A DNA stretch of 63,973 nt, filler included, from Actinomycetota bacterium (GTDB lineage: Bacteria; Actinomycetota; Actinomycetes; JAKEEW01): NCBI GenBank assembly GCA_046725875.1. It is 5 parts of 5 records of this genome, joined end to end, with 100 filler letters (N's around TTAATTAATTAA, not from the genome) between each part and the next. Parts side by side here need not be neighbours in the genome. Positions count along the whole stretch, not along the records: positions 29,140 to 50,558 come from JBKOZJ010000139.1; positions 50,659 to 59,188 come from JBKOZJ010000141.1; 3 more parts are not named here. One strand, 5' to 3'. The notes under the pieces are model-generated. The model was not told the origin of the DNA, made no database searches, and saw only the letters and a list, made by a program, of their open reading frames with translations. The position numbers and the translations under genes were made by a program. This document shows positions 41,894 to 52,945 of the stretch, piece after piece. Every line of letters begins with the position of its first letter. Within the stretch, counting starts at the first letter, position 1.

Positions 41894-43608
41894 CCGATCA
41901 TTTCGATGTCCTGATCGTCGGGTCCGGGTTCGGTGGCTCGGTCGCCGCACTGCGCCTGATGGAGAAGGGCTACCGGGTCGCGGTGATCGAGGCCGGCCGG
42001 CGTCTCGACGAGTCGACCTTCCCGCGGACGTCGTGGAATCTGCGTCGTTTCCTGTGGGCGCCGCGGCTCGGGTGCCGCGGCATTCAGCGCATCCACCTGC
42101 TGCGCAACATCGTGATCCTCGCCGGGGCCGGCGTGGGTGGGGGCTCTTTGGTGTACGCGAACACGCTCTACGAGCCGCTGCCCGACTTCTACGACCACCG
42201 GCAATGGCGGGACATCACCGACTGGCGCGCGGAGCTGGCGCCGTTCTACGACCAGGCGAAGCGAATGCTGGGCGTAGTGGAGAACCCGACCGTGACGCCG
42301 TCCGACGAACTGATGCGGTCGGTGGCCGGGGACATGGGCGTCGGAGCGACCTTTCGCCTCGCCCCGGTCGGCGTCTACTTCGACGAGCCGGGCCGTGCGA
42401 CCGATGACCCGTACTTCGGAGGGGCCGGGCCGCGGCGTGCCGGCTGCCTGCAGTGCGGGGCATGCATGACCGGATGCCGCCACAACGCCAAAAACATACT
42501 CACGAAGAACTACCTCTACCTCGCCGAGCGAGCGGGGGCTGTCGTAATCCCGGACACGACCGTCACTGCGGTCCGGCCGATCGATCCCAAGGCAGCGTTG
42601 CCCGCGCGCGACACCTCCACGGCTCGCTTCGCTGTCGACATGGAGCGCACCGGTGCATGGGTGCGGCGGGGCCGCCGGACCTTGACGGCCGACCACGTCG
42701 TGCTGGCCGCGGGGACTTATGGCACGCAGCGGCTGCTGCATCGTATGCGCGACCGCGGCCTGCTTCCCGAGCTGTCCCCGCGGCTGGGCGCCTTCTCCCG
42801 GACGAACTCCGAATCGATCGTGGGGGCGAAGGCGCGCCGCCGGGACGTTGACTACACCCGCGGCGTCGCCATCACCTCCTCGTTCTATCCCGATCCCCGC
42901 ACGCATATCGAGCCCGTGCGCTACGGCCGCGGTTCCAACGCCATGGGTCTGCTGCAGACCGTGCTCGTCGATGCGGGTGGCCGGGCGCCGCGCTGGGTGT
43001 CGTTTGTCCGGGAGGTTGCCGGGCATCCGCTGAGCTCGCTGCGTGCCCTGTCGGTACGGCATTGGTCGGAGCGCACGGTCATCGCCGTCGTCATGCAGTC
43101 ACTGGACAACTCGATCACGGTCGACTCGAAACGCACCTGGCTCCGCCGGTGGAAGCTCACCTCGCGGCAGGGGGAGGGGGAGCCGAACCCGTCGTGGATA
43201 CCGGCGGCGAGCGAGGTGGCGCGGCGGGCCGCCGAGAAGATCGACGGCTGGCCGGGCGGCTCCTGGGGCGACCTGCTCAACATCCCGCTGACCGCGCACT
43301 TCATCGGCGGATGTGTGATCGGCGCCGACCGCGAGCGGGGCGTGATCGACCCCTATCACCGCGTGTACGGCCACGCGGGACTGCATGTGGTGGACGGGTC
43401 GGCCGTGTCGGCCAACCTGGGGGCCAACCCGTCGCTGACGATCACAGCTCAGGCCGAGCGGGCCATGGCCTTCTGGCCGAACCGAGACGAGGAGGATCCA
43501 AGGCCGCCCCTTGGGTCTCCGTACAAGAAGATCCACTACGTGCCGCCGGCACACCCGGCGGTCCCGGCACACGCCCCCGCGGCGCTCCGCCTCCCCCGCT
43601 TGGAGTAG
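41890..43608 (+). CDS. choD: Cholesterol oxidase-like GMC oxidoreductase
   Basis: GSGFGGSV, GGGSLVYAN, CMTGCRHNAKN, NPSLTITAQAERA. Confidence 0.88.
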   Translation: MTDHFDVLIVGSGFGGSVAALRLMEKGYRVAVIEAGRRLDESTFPRTSWNLRRFLWAPRLGCRGIQRIHLLRNIVILAGAGVGGGSLVYANTLYEPLPDFYDHRQWRDITDWRAELAPFYDQAKRMLGVVENPTVTPSDELMRSVAGDMGVGATFRLAPVGVYFDEPGRATDDPYFGGAGPRRAGCLQCGACMTGCRHNAKNILTKNYLYLAERAGAVVIPDTTVTAVRPIDPKAALPARDTSTARFAVDMERTGAWVRRGRRTLTADHVVLAAGTYGTQRLLHRMRDRGLLPELSPRLGAFSRTNSESIVGAKARRRDVDYTRGVAITSSFYPDPRTHIEPVRYGRGSNAMGLLQTVLVDAGGRAPRWVSFVREVAGHPLSSLRALSVRHWSERTVIAVVMQSLDNSITVDSKRTWLRRWKLTSRQGEGEPNPSWIPAASEVARRAAEKIDGWPGGSWGDLLNIPLTAHFIGGCVIGADRERGVIDPYHRVYGHAGLHVVDGSAVSANLGANPSLTITAQAERAMAFWPNRDEEDPRPPLGSPYKKIHYVPPAHPAVPAHAPAALRLPRLE

Positions 43609-43717
43609 AAGGACCGCTTGCTCCAACAAGATTTGAGGTAGCGCACCTGCTACCCCCTTCCTGGGACACTGGTTGCATCGCCGGCCCGGTCGGCGGGACC
43701 CGGCGGGAGGGAGATCG

Positions 43718-45304
43718 GTGGACCCGGCGCAGTCAGCTCAGCCCGGCTACGACCTCGTACTGGTCGTCGACTATGGGGCGCAGTATGCGCAGCTCATCGC
43801 GCGGCGGGTCCGCGAGGCGAAGGTCTATAGCGAGATCGTCCCGCATACGACGCCAGTCCAAGAGCTCGTAGCTCGCCGTCCCCGCGCGATCATCCTGTCC
43901 GGAGGACCGGCGAGTGTGTACGCCGAAGGAGCGCCCCAGGTCGATCCGAAGCTCTTCGCGCAGAACATCCCAGTCCTCGGTATCTGCTACGGATTCCAGG
44001 CGATGGCACAGACACTTGGTGGCGAGGTCGAGCGGACCGGGCAGTCGGAGTTCGGCGCCACCCAGTTGCGGCTCGAGGAGCGCGGCGTCATGCTCGCGGG
44101 GCAGCCGGACCAGCAGCGGGTGTGGATGAGCCATGGCGACGCGGTCAGTCGCGCGCCGGCCGGCTTCACCGTGCTGGCCACGAGCGTGGGTTCCCCGGTC
44201 GCGGCCTTCGAGGATCCGCGGCGGCGGCTCGCCGGCGTGCAGTATCACCCGGAGGTCTTGCATACCGAGCACGGCCAAGAGGTTCTGGAGCGGTTCCTCT
44301 ACGACGTGGCCGGCTGCCGGCCGACCTGGACGATGGTGAACATCGTGGAGGAGTCGATCGACGCCATCCGAGCTCAGGTCGGCGGCAAGCGGGTGATCTG
44401 TGGCCTTTCCGGCGGGGTCGACTCCGCGGTCGCGGCCGCCCTCGTACACCGGGCCGTCGGCGACCAACTGACCTGCGTCTTCGTAGATCATGGCTTGCTC
44501 AGGAGGGGCGAGGCCGAGCAGGTCGAACGGGACTACCCCCGGGCCACGGGTGTGCGGTTGAGGGTGGTGGACGCGACCGACCGGTTCCTGGAGGCGCTGG
44601 TGGGCGTGACCGACCCCGAGGTGAAGCGGAAGGTCATCGGGCGGGAGTTCATCCAGGCGTTCGAGCAGGCCGCCCGCGAGGTGGTCGCCGAGGCTGGGAC
44701 GCACGGCGAGTCCGTCGACTTCCTCGTCCAGGGCACGCTCTACCCCGACGTCGTCGAGTCGGGTGGGGGCGCGGGGGCCGCGACCATCAAATCCCACCAC
44801 AACGTCGGCGGACTCCCCGACGACCTGCACTTCCGGCTCGTGGAGCCCTTGCGCCGCCTGTTCAAGGACGAGGTGCGCCGGGTCGGCGCCGAACTCGGCC
44901 TGCCAGCGGAAATCGTCTGGCGGCAGCCGTTCCCCGGGCCGGGGCTCGCGATCCGGGTGGTCGGCGAGGTTACTAGGGGTCGGCTTCGGGTGCTGCGCGC
45001 AGCCGACGCGATCGTCCGGGATGAACTCTCCCGGGCCGGGCTCGACCGGGAGATCTGGCAGTGCCCGGTTGTACTCCTGGCCGACGTCCGGTCGGTCGGA
45101 GTGCAAGGCGACGAGCGCACCTACGGCCACCCGATCGTCCTGCGACCGGTCACCTCAGAGGACGCGATGACGGCGGACTGGGCGCGCCTGCCGTACGACC
45201 TGCTGGCGCGCATGTCAACGCGCATCACAAACGAGGTACGCGAGGTCAACCGGGTCGTCCTCGACATTACGAGCAAGCCCCCCGGCACCATCGAGTGGGA
45301 GTGA
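43718..45304 (+). CDS. guaA: GMP synthase (glutamine-hydrolysing)
   Basis: [29 protein letters not shown]. Confidence 0.98.
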   Translation: MDPAQSAQPGYDLVLVVDYGAQYAQLIARRVREAKVYSEIVPHTTPVQELVARRPRAIILSGGPASVYAEGAPQVDPKLFAQNIPVLGICYGFQAMAQTLGGEVERTGQSEFGATQLRLEERGVMLAGQPDQQRVWMSHGDAVSRAPAGFTVLATSVGSPVAAFEDPRRRLAGVQYHPEVLHTEHGQEVLERFLYDVAGCRPTWTMVNIVEESIDAIRAQVGGKRVICGLSGGVDSAVAAALVHRAVGDQLTCVFVDHGLLRRGEAEQVERDYPRATGVRLRVVDATDRFLEALVGVTDPEVKRKVIGREFIQAFEQAAREVVAEAGTHGESVDFLVQGTLYPDVVESGGGAGAATIKSHHNVGGLPDDLHFRLVEPLRRLFKDEVRRVGAELGLPAEIVWRQPFPGPGLAIRVVGEVTRGRLRVLRAADAIVRDELSRAGLDREIWQCPVVLLADVRSVGVQGDERTYGHPIVLRPVTSEDAMTADWARLPYDLLARMSTRITNEVREVNRVVLDITSKPPGTIEWE

Positions 45305-45389
45305 GAGCCTCTCCGCTGGCCGATCAGGCGGCGCCGCCGTCGCCGACAGGGCCGGTTGCGTACCTACCAGGGGAGTCCGTGCACAGTCG

Positions 45390-45815
45390 TCAACCGCGAG
45401 TCTCGTTCGGCGCCGTGTCGATCGAATCCTCGGGCTCGGTCGGCCCGGTTGAGGTGGCGGCCGAGTTCGCATCGGGTCCCTCGGGGGGAGCGGCGTGGCC
45501 AGGTTGGGCGTGCGTAACAGCGCTGCTCGCGGTTTCCTGCGAGTCCATTCCTGGGCGCTCGGGTTGAGCTGGGCCGAGGTGGCTGCTTACGGCCGTTTCA
45601 TCGCCCGCCTCTCCGGGACCTTGCCTGCGCTGGCGCGCCATGTTCAACAGCGTGGCGAGCAGGCCGCCGAGGCCGAGCGCGATGAGCACGCCCGGCAGGA
45701 TCCATCGGGCCTGAACGTCGCTGTCGGTGAGCGCGCCGCTGAGATAGGCGGCACCGACGACGACGAACACGACCCCGGCGAGGAGTGCGACGGGGTCGGC
45801 ACTATGACGACGCAC
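45390..45815 (-). CDS. Small membrane protein
   Basis: RHSADPVALLAG followed by two TM helices; overlaps the end of the PspC gene. Confidence 0.75.
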   Translation of the reverse strand: MRRHSADPVALLAGVVFVVVGAAYLSGALTDSDVQARWILPGVLIALGLGGLLATLLNMARQRRQGPGEAGDETAVSSHLGPAQPERPGMDSQETASSAVTHAQPGHAAPPEGPDANSAATSTGPTEPEDSIDTAPNETRG

Positions 45816-47457
45816 GGCTGGCCTCCTCGAACTGTACGTTCCCGGCGCCGACCTCGAGGTTGAGCTGCACGTTGCCGCGGCTTGTCCCGACCGGCTCGTG
45901 GACTACATCCTCGCCGTTGACCCGGAGTCCGCTCGACCCGACAGTCTCGATGTTCCCGGCGGACACATCGGCGGTCGCGTCGAGCCTGATGTCAGAGGGG
46001 TAGATCACCACGATCTGGCCGGCGCCGATGCTGACTTCCAGGGTGCCGCTCCCAGCTGGCTGACGATAGCTCGTCAGGTCGATCACGATCTTTCCGGCGG
46101 TGAGCCTGACCGGGTCGCGGGCAAGGTCGGCGGCCGACACGGGTTCGATGTGCCGCTCGCCGAACCCGCCCGACAGCGGCACGTCCACGGCCGACACGAT
46201 GACTAGGGCAGCGACCGCCGCGATGCCTAGAGCGATTACCGATCGGGCCCGGCCGTACCACACCGTCACCAGGAGCCCGAGACCCAGCACGATCAAGATG
46301 ATCGCCGTAATTCCCCGCGCACCAAGGTCGATAACACCGGCGATGTCAAGGGCCCCGACCGCCCCGCCGACCACTAGCGCCGCGCTTACGATCAGCCAAG
46401 GCATCGGTGATCCGGGCCGTTGCGGCTTGGCTGGTTCGGGCCGAGGACGCCACCCGGTCGTTGCGGCAGGCCCAGCCGGTACACCCGGTTCGGGTACGGC
46501 CGCATTGGTGGGTTCGTAAGTCGCCGCGGGCGGGCCCTCGTGGGCGACCGGAGTGGGCCCCGCTCCTTGGCTTGACGGCACGGACCAACCGGTCTGTTCC
46601 GCCGACTGCGACGCCGGTTCCGGCGGAGCTGTCCACGATGCCTGCTCACCACCCGTCGTCGACGCTCGCCCGTGGGCAGGTGCGGCCGCCACAGTTCCGA
46701 TGTCGCCAGGGCTGTTTGTCGGCGGCACGGTCCACCACCGGCCGACCTGGTGCGGCGGCCGCGTTCGCGAGCGCAGCAGGACGAAGGCGATGCCAGCACA
46801 CACCAGGAGCCAGAAGACGACGTCCCATTCATTCGCCGCGATCGCGATGAAGATCAGCAGGCCGACCACGGTTGCGGCGATCGCCCATAGGGCGCCGGCC
46901 GAGGTGTGGCCCTCCCGGAAGAGTTGCTGCGCCTCGGACCGGTCCTGGCCCTCGTCCGGTATGAACAGCCAAGCCACCCCGTAGAGAAGCAGTCCGAAGC
47001 CGCCGAAGAGGGTGAAGACGGCGAAGAGCACCCGGAAGATGATCGGGTCTGTATTCGTATACGCACCCAGCCCGCCACAGACCCCGGCGAGCTTCCGGTC
47101 GGTTCGGCTTCGGCGCAGGACACGCCCCCGTGTCCCGGGCGGCGTGGACCATCCACTGACCGCACCGCGCGCGCCCGCCTCAGTACCCTCGGCCGGCCCG
47201 TCGCCGGGTGTGGCTTGCCCGCCGCCAGGCCCACCAAAGGACCCGCCCGTGGGGCCGCCGGCTGCGGCATCGCCAACGGATGCTCGCTCGCCGGCGGGTT
47301 GCTGGCCGGGACCAGCCGCGGCCGGGCCGTTAGCGGCTGCCTGGGCGTCGGCGAGATCGCCGGACGCTACCGACCCGCCCCCCGTGGCCTCGCCACGGGC
47401 CCCCTCGGGTGGCCCGGCGGCAGGCTCGTGGTTGTCGGGAGATCTGCTCTCGCTCAT
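45802..47457 (-). CDS. PspC-domain membrane protein with a LiaF-like C-terminus
   Basis: RRSRTDRKLAGVCGGLG..DPIIFR; C-terminal beta-rich region. Confidence 0.88.
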   Translation of the reverse strand: MSESRSPDNHEPAAGPPEGARGEATGGGSVASGDLADAQAAANGPAAAGPGQQPAGERASVGDAAAGGPTGGSFGGPGGGQATPGDGPAEGTEAGARGAVSGWSTPPGTRGRVLRRSRTDRKLAGVCGGLGAYTNTDPIIFRVLFAVFTLFGGFGLLLYGVAWLFIPDEGQDRSEAQQLFREGHTSAGALWAIAATVVGLLIFIAIAANEWDVVFWLLVCAGIAFVLLRSRTRPPHQVGRWWTVPPTNSPGDIGTVAAAPAHGRASTTGGEQASWTAPPEPASQSAEQTGWSVPSSQGAGPTPVAHEGPPAATYEPTNAAVPEPGVPAGPAATTGWRPRPEPAKPQRPGSPMPWLIVSAALVVGGAVGALDIAGVIDLGARGITAIILIVLGLGLLVTVWYGRARSVIALGIAAVAALVIVSAVDVPLSGGFGERHIEPVSAADLARDPVRLTAGKIVIDLTSYRQPAGSGTLEVSIGAGQIVVIYPSDIRLDATADVSAGNIETVGSSGLRVNGEDVVHEPVGTSRGNVQLNLEVGAGNVQFEEASRASS

Positions 47458-47633
47458 GGCCTCATGCTCCGCCGCGGGTGGTCCAGTGGGCATCGGGCAG
47501 ACCCCTGACATCCACCCTGACCAGCACAGGCGCGCCACGGGGTCGTCACCCGCCCCGGGCACCCCCATCAAATCGGGGGCAGCCTAGGTGGTCACCTGAT
47601 GCCGCCCGGCCGTACTCGTGTGACGATCGAACC

Positions 47634-48911
47634 ATGAACGCAATGCCGCAGCCATCCAGCGTGCCGACTCGCCGGCTCTATCGCGCAAGTAGCCGGCGCC
47701 TCATCGGCGGGGTGGCGCGCGGCCTCTCGGACCACCTCGGCGTGGAAGTGCTGTGGATCAGAATCGGGTTCCTGCTGCTCATCCCGGCCGGTGGAGCCGG
47801 CTTGGTGCTATACGCGGTCTTCTGGGCGGTCACCCCCCTGGCTGTGGACGAGGCTCCGGCACAGCGACCGCCCAGCCGTTCTCTCATCGACGCCGAGTCT
47901 GGCCAGGCCGTCGTGTTCGCGGCGGCCCTCGCCGTCGGCGCACTGCTCCTGCTCGAGGCGCTCGGAATCATCAACATCAGCTTCCAGCTAGTGCTTGCCC
48001 TAGCGCTGACGGCCGCCGGGACCGCCGTGCTTTGGCGACAGCTGGACGAAGCCCAGCGAGCCCGCTGGCTGGGGGGTGGCCGCCGGTGGGTGCGGATCGT
48101 CCGCACCATTGCCGGGGTCACGCTCCTGGCGGTTGGCGTGGTCACCTTCCTGGCCGTCCGCGGTGACTTGTCGGCAGCGCGTGAAGGGCTTGGCGCCATG
48201 CTTATCGTGATCGCCGGGCTGGCCGTGGTTACCTGGCCCGTCTGGGTGCGCCTCGTCCGGGAGCTTTCCGATGAGCGCCGCGAACGTATCCGGTCGCAGG
48301 AACGTGCCGAGATAGCCGCGCATCTGCATGACTCCGTACTCCACACCCTCACGCTCATCCAGCGGCATGTCGAAGACCCAAAGCAGGTGGCCAAGCTGGC
48401 CCGGGCCCAGGAGCGAGCACTGCGGACGTGGCTGTACGGCCAGTCTGAGAACACCGGCATGTTCCAGGCGGCCGTGGAGCGAACCGCCGCCGACGTCGAG
48501 GAGTCACACGGGACTCCGATCGACGTCGTGGTTGTCGGTGATCGGCCGCTCGACGAGCGCCTCGCCGCTCAGCTCGCGGCGGCCAGAGAGGCTATGGTGA
48601 ACGCCGCGAAGTACGGCGGCGCGCCGATCTCGGTCTATGCCGAAGTGGAGGCGGACGCGGTGGCCCTGTTCGTGAAGGACCGCGGGCCCGGCTTCGTCCC
48701 CGACGACCTGCCGGCGGACCGGCTGGGGATCAGGCACTCCATCGTCGGCCGCATGCAGCGGCACGGCGGTCATGCTGAGGTGAAGAGCGAGCCCGGGCAG
48801 GGCACCGAGGTAAGGCTGATCCTACCGACCGGACGAGTGACGGACGTGGGCGAGCCGGCTCCCGACCAACCGGGTCCGGAAGAAGCTCAGGCCGTAAGGA
48901 GTGAATCGTGA
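47634..48911 (+). CDS. PspC-domain sensor histidine kinase
   Basis: LYRASSRRLIGGVARGL; AHLHDSVLHTL; DRGPGF. Confidence 0.92.
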   Translation: MNAMPQPSSVPTRRLYRASSRRLIGGVARGLSDHLGVEVLWIRIGFLLLIPAGGAGLVLYAVFWAVTPLAVDEAPAQRPPSRSLIDAESGQAVVFAAALAVGALLLLEALGIINISFQLVLALALTAAGTAVLWRQLDEAQRARWLGGGRRWVRIVRTIAGVTLLAVGVVTFLAVRGDLSAAREGLGAMLIVIAGLAVVTWPVWVRLVRELSDERRERIRSQERAEIAAHLHDSVLHTLTLIQRHVEDPKQVAKLARAQERALRTWLYGQSENTGMFQAAVERTAADVEESHGTPIDVVVVGDRPLDERLAAQLAAAREAMVNAAKYGGAPISVYAEVEADAVALFVKDRGPGFVPDDLPADRLGIRHSIVGRMQRHGGHAEVKSEPGQGTEVRLILPTGRVTDVGEPAPDQPGPEEAQAVRSES

Positions 48912-49543
48912 CTGGCCTGCGGGTGGTACTCGTTGACGACCACCGAATGTTTCGTACGGGGGTGCGAGCCGAGCTCGGCGCTGCGGTGAACGTCGTCGGG
49001 GAGGCCGAGGACGTCGACTCGGCCGTCGCCGTGATCGCGGCCACCAAGCCGGATGTGGTGTTGCTCGACGTTCACCTTCCCGGTGGGGGTGGCCGGACCG
49101 TCCTCGAGCGGTGCTCCAACCTGCCGGACGTGAAGTTCCTCGCCCTGTCCGTATCCGACGCAGCGGAGGACGTGATCGGCGTCATCCGCGGCGGTGCGCG
49201 CGGTTATGTCACGAAGACGATCACTGGCCCGGAGCTGGTGAACGCGATCCGCCGGGTCGCCGACGGGGACGCCGTTTTCTCGCCGCGGTTGGCTGGCTTT
49301 GTCCTCGATGCGTTCGCCGCCACCGACGTGCCACCGATCGACGAGGAGCTTGACCGCTTGACTCAGCGGGAGCGCGAAGTCATGCGGCTAATCGCCCGCG
49401 GCTACACCTACCGAGAAGTCGCCAAGGAACTCTTCATCTCGGTGAAGACAGTGGAGACGCACGTCTCGGCAGTCTTGCGCAAGCTGCAGCTCTCCAACCG
49501 GCATGAGCTCACACGATGGGCGGCCGCCCGCCGCCTTGTCTAG
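48908..49543 (+). CDS. NarL/LuxR response regulator
   Basis: VDDH..LLDVHLP..LTQREREV..ISVKTVETH. Confidence 0.95.
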   Translation: MTGLRVVLVDDHRMFRTGVRAELGAAVNVVGEAEDVDSAVAVIAATKPDVVLLDVHLPGGGGRTVLERCSNLPDVKFLALSVSDAAEDVIGVIRGGARGYVTKTITGPELVNAIRRVADGDAVFSPRLAGFVLDAFAATDVPPIDEELDRLTQREREVMRLIARGYTYREVAKELFISVKTVETHVSAVLRKLQLSNRHELTRWAAARRLV

Positions 49544-49652
49544 CGTTCCTTGGTTCTTCGAATTCTGATGTGGATCTTCGGTTCTGGGCGTCCAACCCGG
49601 CCGACTTGCGAAGCAAGACGGGGGTGGGCGATGTTGCGCCGGCTGCTGCCGT

Positions 49653-49794
49653 AACAGTGGACCTTGAGCTCGAAGATGATCAGCGGATTCGAAGATAAGT
49701 GGACTGTCACATCGACTGAGAAGCCAAATTCGTCAAGGTGACGGTCCTCTGATCTTCGAATCCGGTCTGATTTTCCAGGCCATGGTCCACCGTT
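49653..49794. repeat. ~140-bp imperfect palindrome
   Basis: aacagtggacc/ggtccaccgtt, cggattcgaagat/atcttcgaatccg, ggactgtcac/gtgacggtcc. Confidence 0.7.
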
Positions 49795-49978
49795 CCTGCC
49801 CTGTGCTGGAGGAGCGGCCCGGCGGGGCCGAACCCCGGGAGTCCGTCGATCGCCCGGCTGCGTTTCTCGGTCGCCCACGTAGCGCTGCTACTTTGGGCTC
49901 CCTGCGGCCTTGCCGGATCAACGCCTGGATCGCCGCTCGCGACGGGCGAGGCTGTTCACCAGCGTCCTAGGAAATTCC

Positions 49979-50558
49979 TCAGGCTGTCGAGAGGACCGTG
50001 AAGGCTTCGGCGAGGCGATCTGCGGCGAAGCCGCCATCGAGGGCGTTCTGGCCGAGCCGTTCTCTTAGCCATACGTCGAGATCGTCCATGTGGGCCGTCT
50101 GGCTCAGATGCGCCCGGAGCGCCGCGATCTTTCGATCGAACGTGTCGGTCACGTCGACATAGTGGTTGGGGGCCGGGTGGGACATGATCCACACCTCGGC
50201 GACCTCCCAGGGTTCCAGCCCTTCGTCGTTCAGCAACTCGGGGAACGCGAAGGGGTTGCGCGCGTCGGGATACACCGCCCGCAGCGTTGCCTCACCGGCC
50301 GTCAGGTGATCCGGGTGGGAGGCGTGGATCCGTTCCCAGTAACGTTCCGGCGATTGGGTCAGCATTCGCTGCGGGCGAACCTGCCGGATCACCCGGCTGA
50401 TGGCGCGGCGCAGGTCGAGGGTTAGCTCGAGCCGGCCATCGGGGTAGCCGAGGAATCGCACGTCCTCGACGCCGACCACCTTGGCCGCGTTCCGCTGCTC
50501 CTCTCGGCGGAGGATCGGCATCTCCGCGCGCGGGACGGACCGGTCGAAACCGCCCGCG
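49979..50558 (-). CDS. PIG-L family deacetylase (5' partial)
   Basis: RREEQRNAA..FLGYPDG..SHPDH. Confidence 0.9.
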
Positions 50559-50658
50559 NNNNNNNNNNNNNNNNNNNNNNNNNNNNNNNNNNNNNNNNNN
50601 NNTTAATTAATTAANNNNNNNNNNNNNNNNNNNNNNNNNNNNNNNNNNNNNNNNNNNN
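50559..50658. other. Artificial contig linker
   Basis: N run with TTAATTAATTAA. Confidence 0.98.
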
Positions 50659-50659
50659 C

Positions 50660-50797
50660 CCGGGCTGGCCGCTGCGCGAAGAGTGGGCAGACCCGCGGCG
50701 GCGCGAGCACATCCTGTTCGCAGCACGGTCAGTCGAAACCCAGCCCTCACTCATCGGCTTCAGTGATCACCTCATCGCTGCCGCAACCAAACCATAG
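50660..50797 (+). CDS. Probable class I SAM methyltransferase C-terminus (5' partial)
   Basis: PGWPLREEWADPRRREHILFAARSVETQPSLIGFSDHLIAAATKP*. Confidence 0.55.
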   Translation, partial: PGWPLREEWADPRRREHILFAARSVETQPSLIGFSDHLIAAATKP

Positions 50798-50982
50798 GAA
50801 ACCCCGCCCAGAATGCCGATCGGCATTTCCGGTCGATCAGGCGGGGGTCACACGCCACACTGGCTGCGTGAAGGCCCCCGAACCGAACCCCGCAGTGCGT
50901 GACCGCTTCCAGGCAGCCGTCGATAAGATCCGAGGGCGCCGCCTAGCTCGGCTGCGCCGCGGCCCCAGCGAAGGTCCCTGGG

Positions 50983-51501
50983 TCAGGACCAAACCTCTAG
51001 CGGTTGTTCGATCTGCTCGCCAGCGAGGAAGGCCGGGAGCAGGGTGGGGAGTCGACCGGGGTAGAAGCGCTCGCTGCTCCCCACGATCTCAGTGATCGGC
51101 CACCACCGGAATCCGAAGTAGTCCTCGTTCTCGAAGTCGACCCGTTGCGACCCGTCGACCGCGGGACCCAGTCCGGCTAGCCGAATCATCACCACCTGCT
51201 CGTGCTGCAGGCGGCGCTGCCCCCGATACCGGTAGGTCGCATCCCGCCGCCACCTCGGCAAACCCACCTGCCCTGGGGCGGCGGCGATGCCGGCCTCTTC
51301 GCGGAGCTCCCGGATCGCTGCGTCTAGGTAGGTCTCGCGGTCCTCGATGCCGCCGCCCGGCAGCTCCCACCACATGCCAAGCTCGGGGTATGTCGGGTCC
51401 TGGGTATGGAACAACAGCACTCGGGCCTGAGCATCGAGCACGACCAGACGGACGACGTCACGCTCCACGACAGGCAGATCAGCAGGTAGCTCAACCATCA
51501 C
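50983..51501 (-). CDS. NUDIX hydrolase
   Basis: PGGGIEDRETYLDAAIRELREEAG Nudix box. Confidence 0.92.
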   Translation of the reverse strand: MMVELPADLPVVERDVVRLVVLDAQARVLLFHTQDPTYPELGMWWELPGGGIEDRETYLDAAIRELREEAGIAAAPGQVGLPRWRRDATYRYRGQRRLQHEQVVMIRLAGLGPAVDGSQRVDFENEDYFGFRWWPITEIVGSSERFYPGRLPTLLPAFLAGEQIEQPLEVWS

Positions 51502-51584
51502 CCCACCTCCTCACCGTGACAAGCCCTAGCGCGCCCGCACCGATACTCCGCGCGGTTAGCATTCGAATCGTCGTAAGACCGCCT

Positions 51585-51599
51585 CATATCAAGCATGAG
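51585..51599 (+). repeat. Intergenic motif CATATCAAGCATGAG, copy 1
   Basis: Identical 15-mer at 56622-56636. Confidence 0.6.
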
Positions 51600-51714
51600 A
51601 GTATGTCGCGTTCTGGCGACCGGGCGTGAGCAGAGAGACGGCTGGGACATTCAGACATCCGGTGGCGAACGTCTCCTACGCATTCTCGCGCTGGTCTACG
51701 GCAGACTCGGGGCT

Positions 51715-52458
51715 GTGCTGAGTTTGCGAGCCGTCACGGCAGGCGACTGGCCGGTGTGGCGGGATCTTCGCCTCGCCGCCCTCGCCGAGGCGCCCCGCGC
51801 GTTCAAGTCTCGGCTCGAAGACTGGCAGCTAGGCGGGGAGGAGCGGTGGCGCTCTCGCCTTGAGTTGCCGGACACGTTCAACATCGTCGCATTGCTGGAC
51901 GGTGGAGCCGTTGGCATGGCGAGCGGCATTCCTCGTCACGACGGGGTCTGCGAGCTGAGGTCCATATGGGTGAGTCCGCAGGCTCGAGGCCGCGGCGTGG
52001 GAGACCAGCTGATTGCGGCAGTCGAAACGTGGGCCCGGCAGTCGGGCGCATGGACGCTGAAACTCGCCGTCATCTCAGGCAACGAACCCGCCATCGCGCT
52101 CTACCGCCGCAACGGCTTCGTCATGACCGCGGAGCTTGGCGGCCTGTCGCCCGACGGTGCGACCAGGGAGCGGGTGATGGTGAAAACGCTTCGCTTATCG
52201 CAGTGCGCCAGACAGGCGTGTAGAGGAAGGCATTGCCCAGAGCACGCCGTCATCGAGACGATCGGCCGCAGATCCGGATGTGCGTGGTCAGTTGGCGGGG
52301 AGCTGCTCGGGTGCCAGCGGTTCAAGCACACAGAATTCGTTGCCTTCCGGATCGGCCATCACCACCCAGGTGACGTCGGCGCCCTGTCCAACGTCGACGC
52401 GGCGCGCGCCAAGTCCTTCAAGCCGAGCCACCTCAGCAGCTTGATCTTGCGGTCGTAG
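51715..52458 (+). CDS. GNAT acetyltransferase (natural stop near 52195 probably lost)
   Basis: WVSPQARGRGVG..NEPAIALYRRNGF; the tail runs antisense into the VOC gene. Confidence 0.8.
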   Translation: MLSLRAVTAGDWPVWRDLRLAALAEAPRAFKSRLEDWQLGGEERWRSRLELPDTFNIVALLDGGAVGMASGIPRHDGVCELRSIWVSPQARGRGVGDQLIAAVETWARQSGAWTLKLAVISGNEPAIALYRRNGFVMTAELGGLSPDGATRERVMVKTLRLSQCARQACRGRHCPEHAVIETIGRRSGCAWSVGGELLGCQRFKHTEFVAFRIGHHHPGDVGALSNVDAARAKSFKPSHLSSLILRS

Positions 52459-52677
52459 GTCGAGGTGCAGGCGATTCTTGCCCGCCTTGCTTTCTGGGAC
52501 GCGGTTGAATACGAGGTCAGGCACGACTCCGTCGTCGCGCGTACCGGACGGCGGCTCGAGTACCACCTCGTCGGCGCGCTCGTACGTGCGGCGCCACCCC
52601 AGAGCGGACTGCCAGAAGCTCGCTAGCCGCGCCGGATCGGTTGTGTCAATGCATAGGCATTGGATGCGAAGGTCCAC
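52288..52677 (-). CDS. VOC/glyoxalase-family protein
   Basis: LASFWQSALGW..KNRLHLDL..WVVMADPEGNEFC. Confidence 0.92.
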   Translation of the reverse strand: MDLRIQCLCIDTTDPARLASFWQSALGWRRTYERADEVVLEPPSGTRDDGVVPDLVFNRVPESKAGKNRLHLDLRPQDQAAEVARLEGLGARRVDVGQGADVTWVVMADPEGNEFCVLEPLAPEQLPAN

Positions 52678-52945
52678 GCCTCCACCCTGTCCGCGGAGTA
52701 GGCACCGGTCTAATGGATTTCGCGGCAGTGCCGCGCAGGCGTGCCGCATCAGCGGAATCACCCGCCCGTCGCGCCTCCGCCTCGACAAGCACCTCGGCGG
52801 CGTGGACTGTCCCGCCCTGGTAGTGCCAGTGCACGGGCGCTCGGCGATGGCTGATGCGGTATCCCTTGCCGCCACGTGACTTGCCTATCCGGCCGGGGCG
52901 GGCATTAGGATTCCGCGAGGCAGCGTTCTCGAAGGCAGGGAGAGC

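Noticed and set aside
47490..47600. ACCC(C)TGA repeats between pspC and the kinase
   Set aside because: Plausible response-regulator boxes but too short and degenerate to call.
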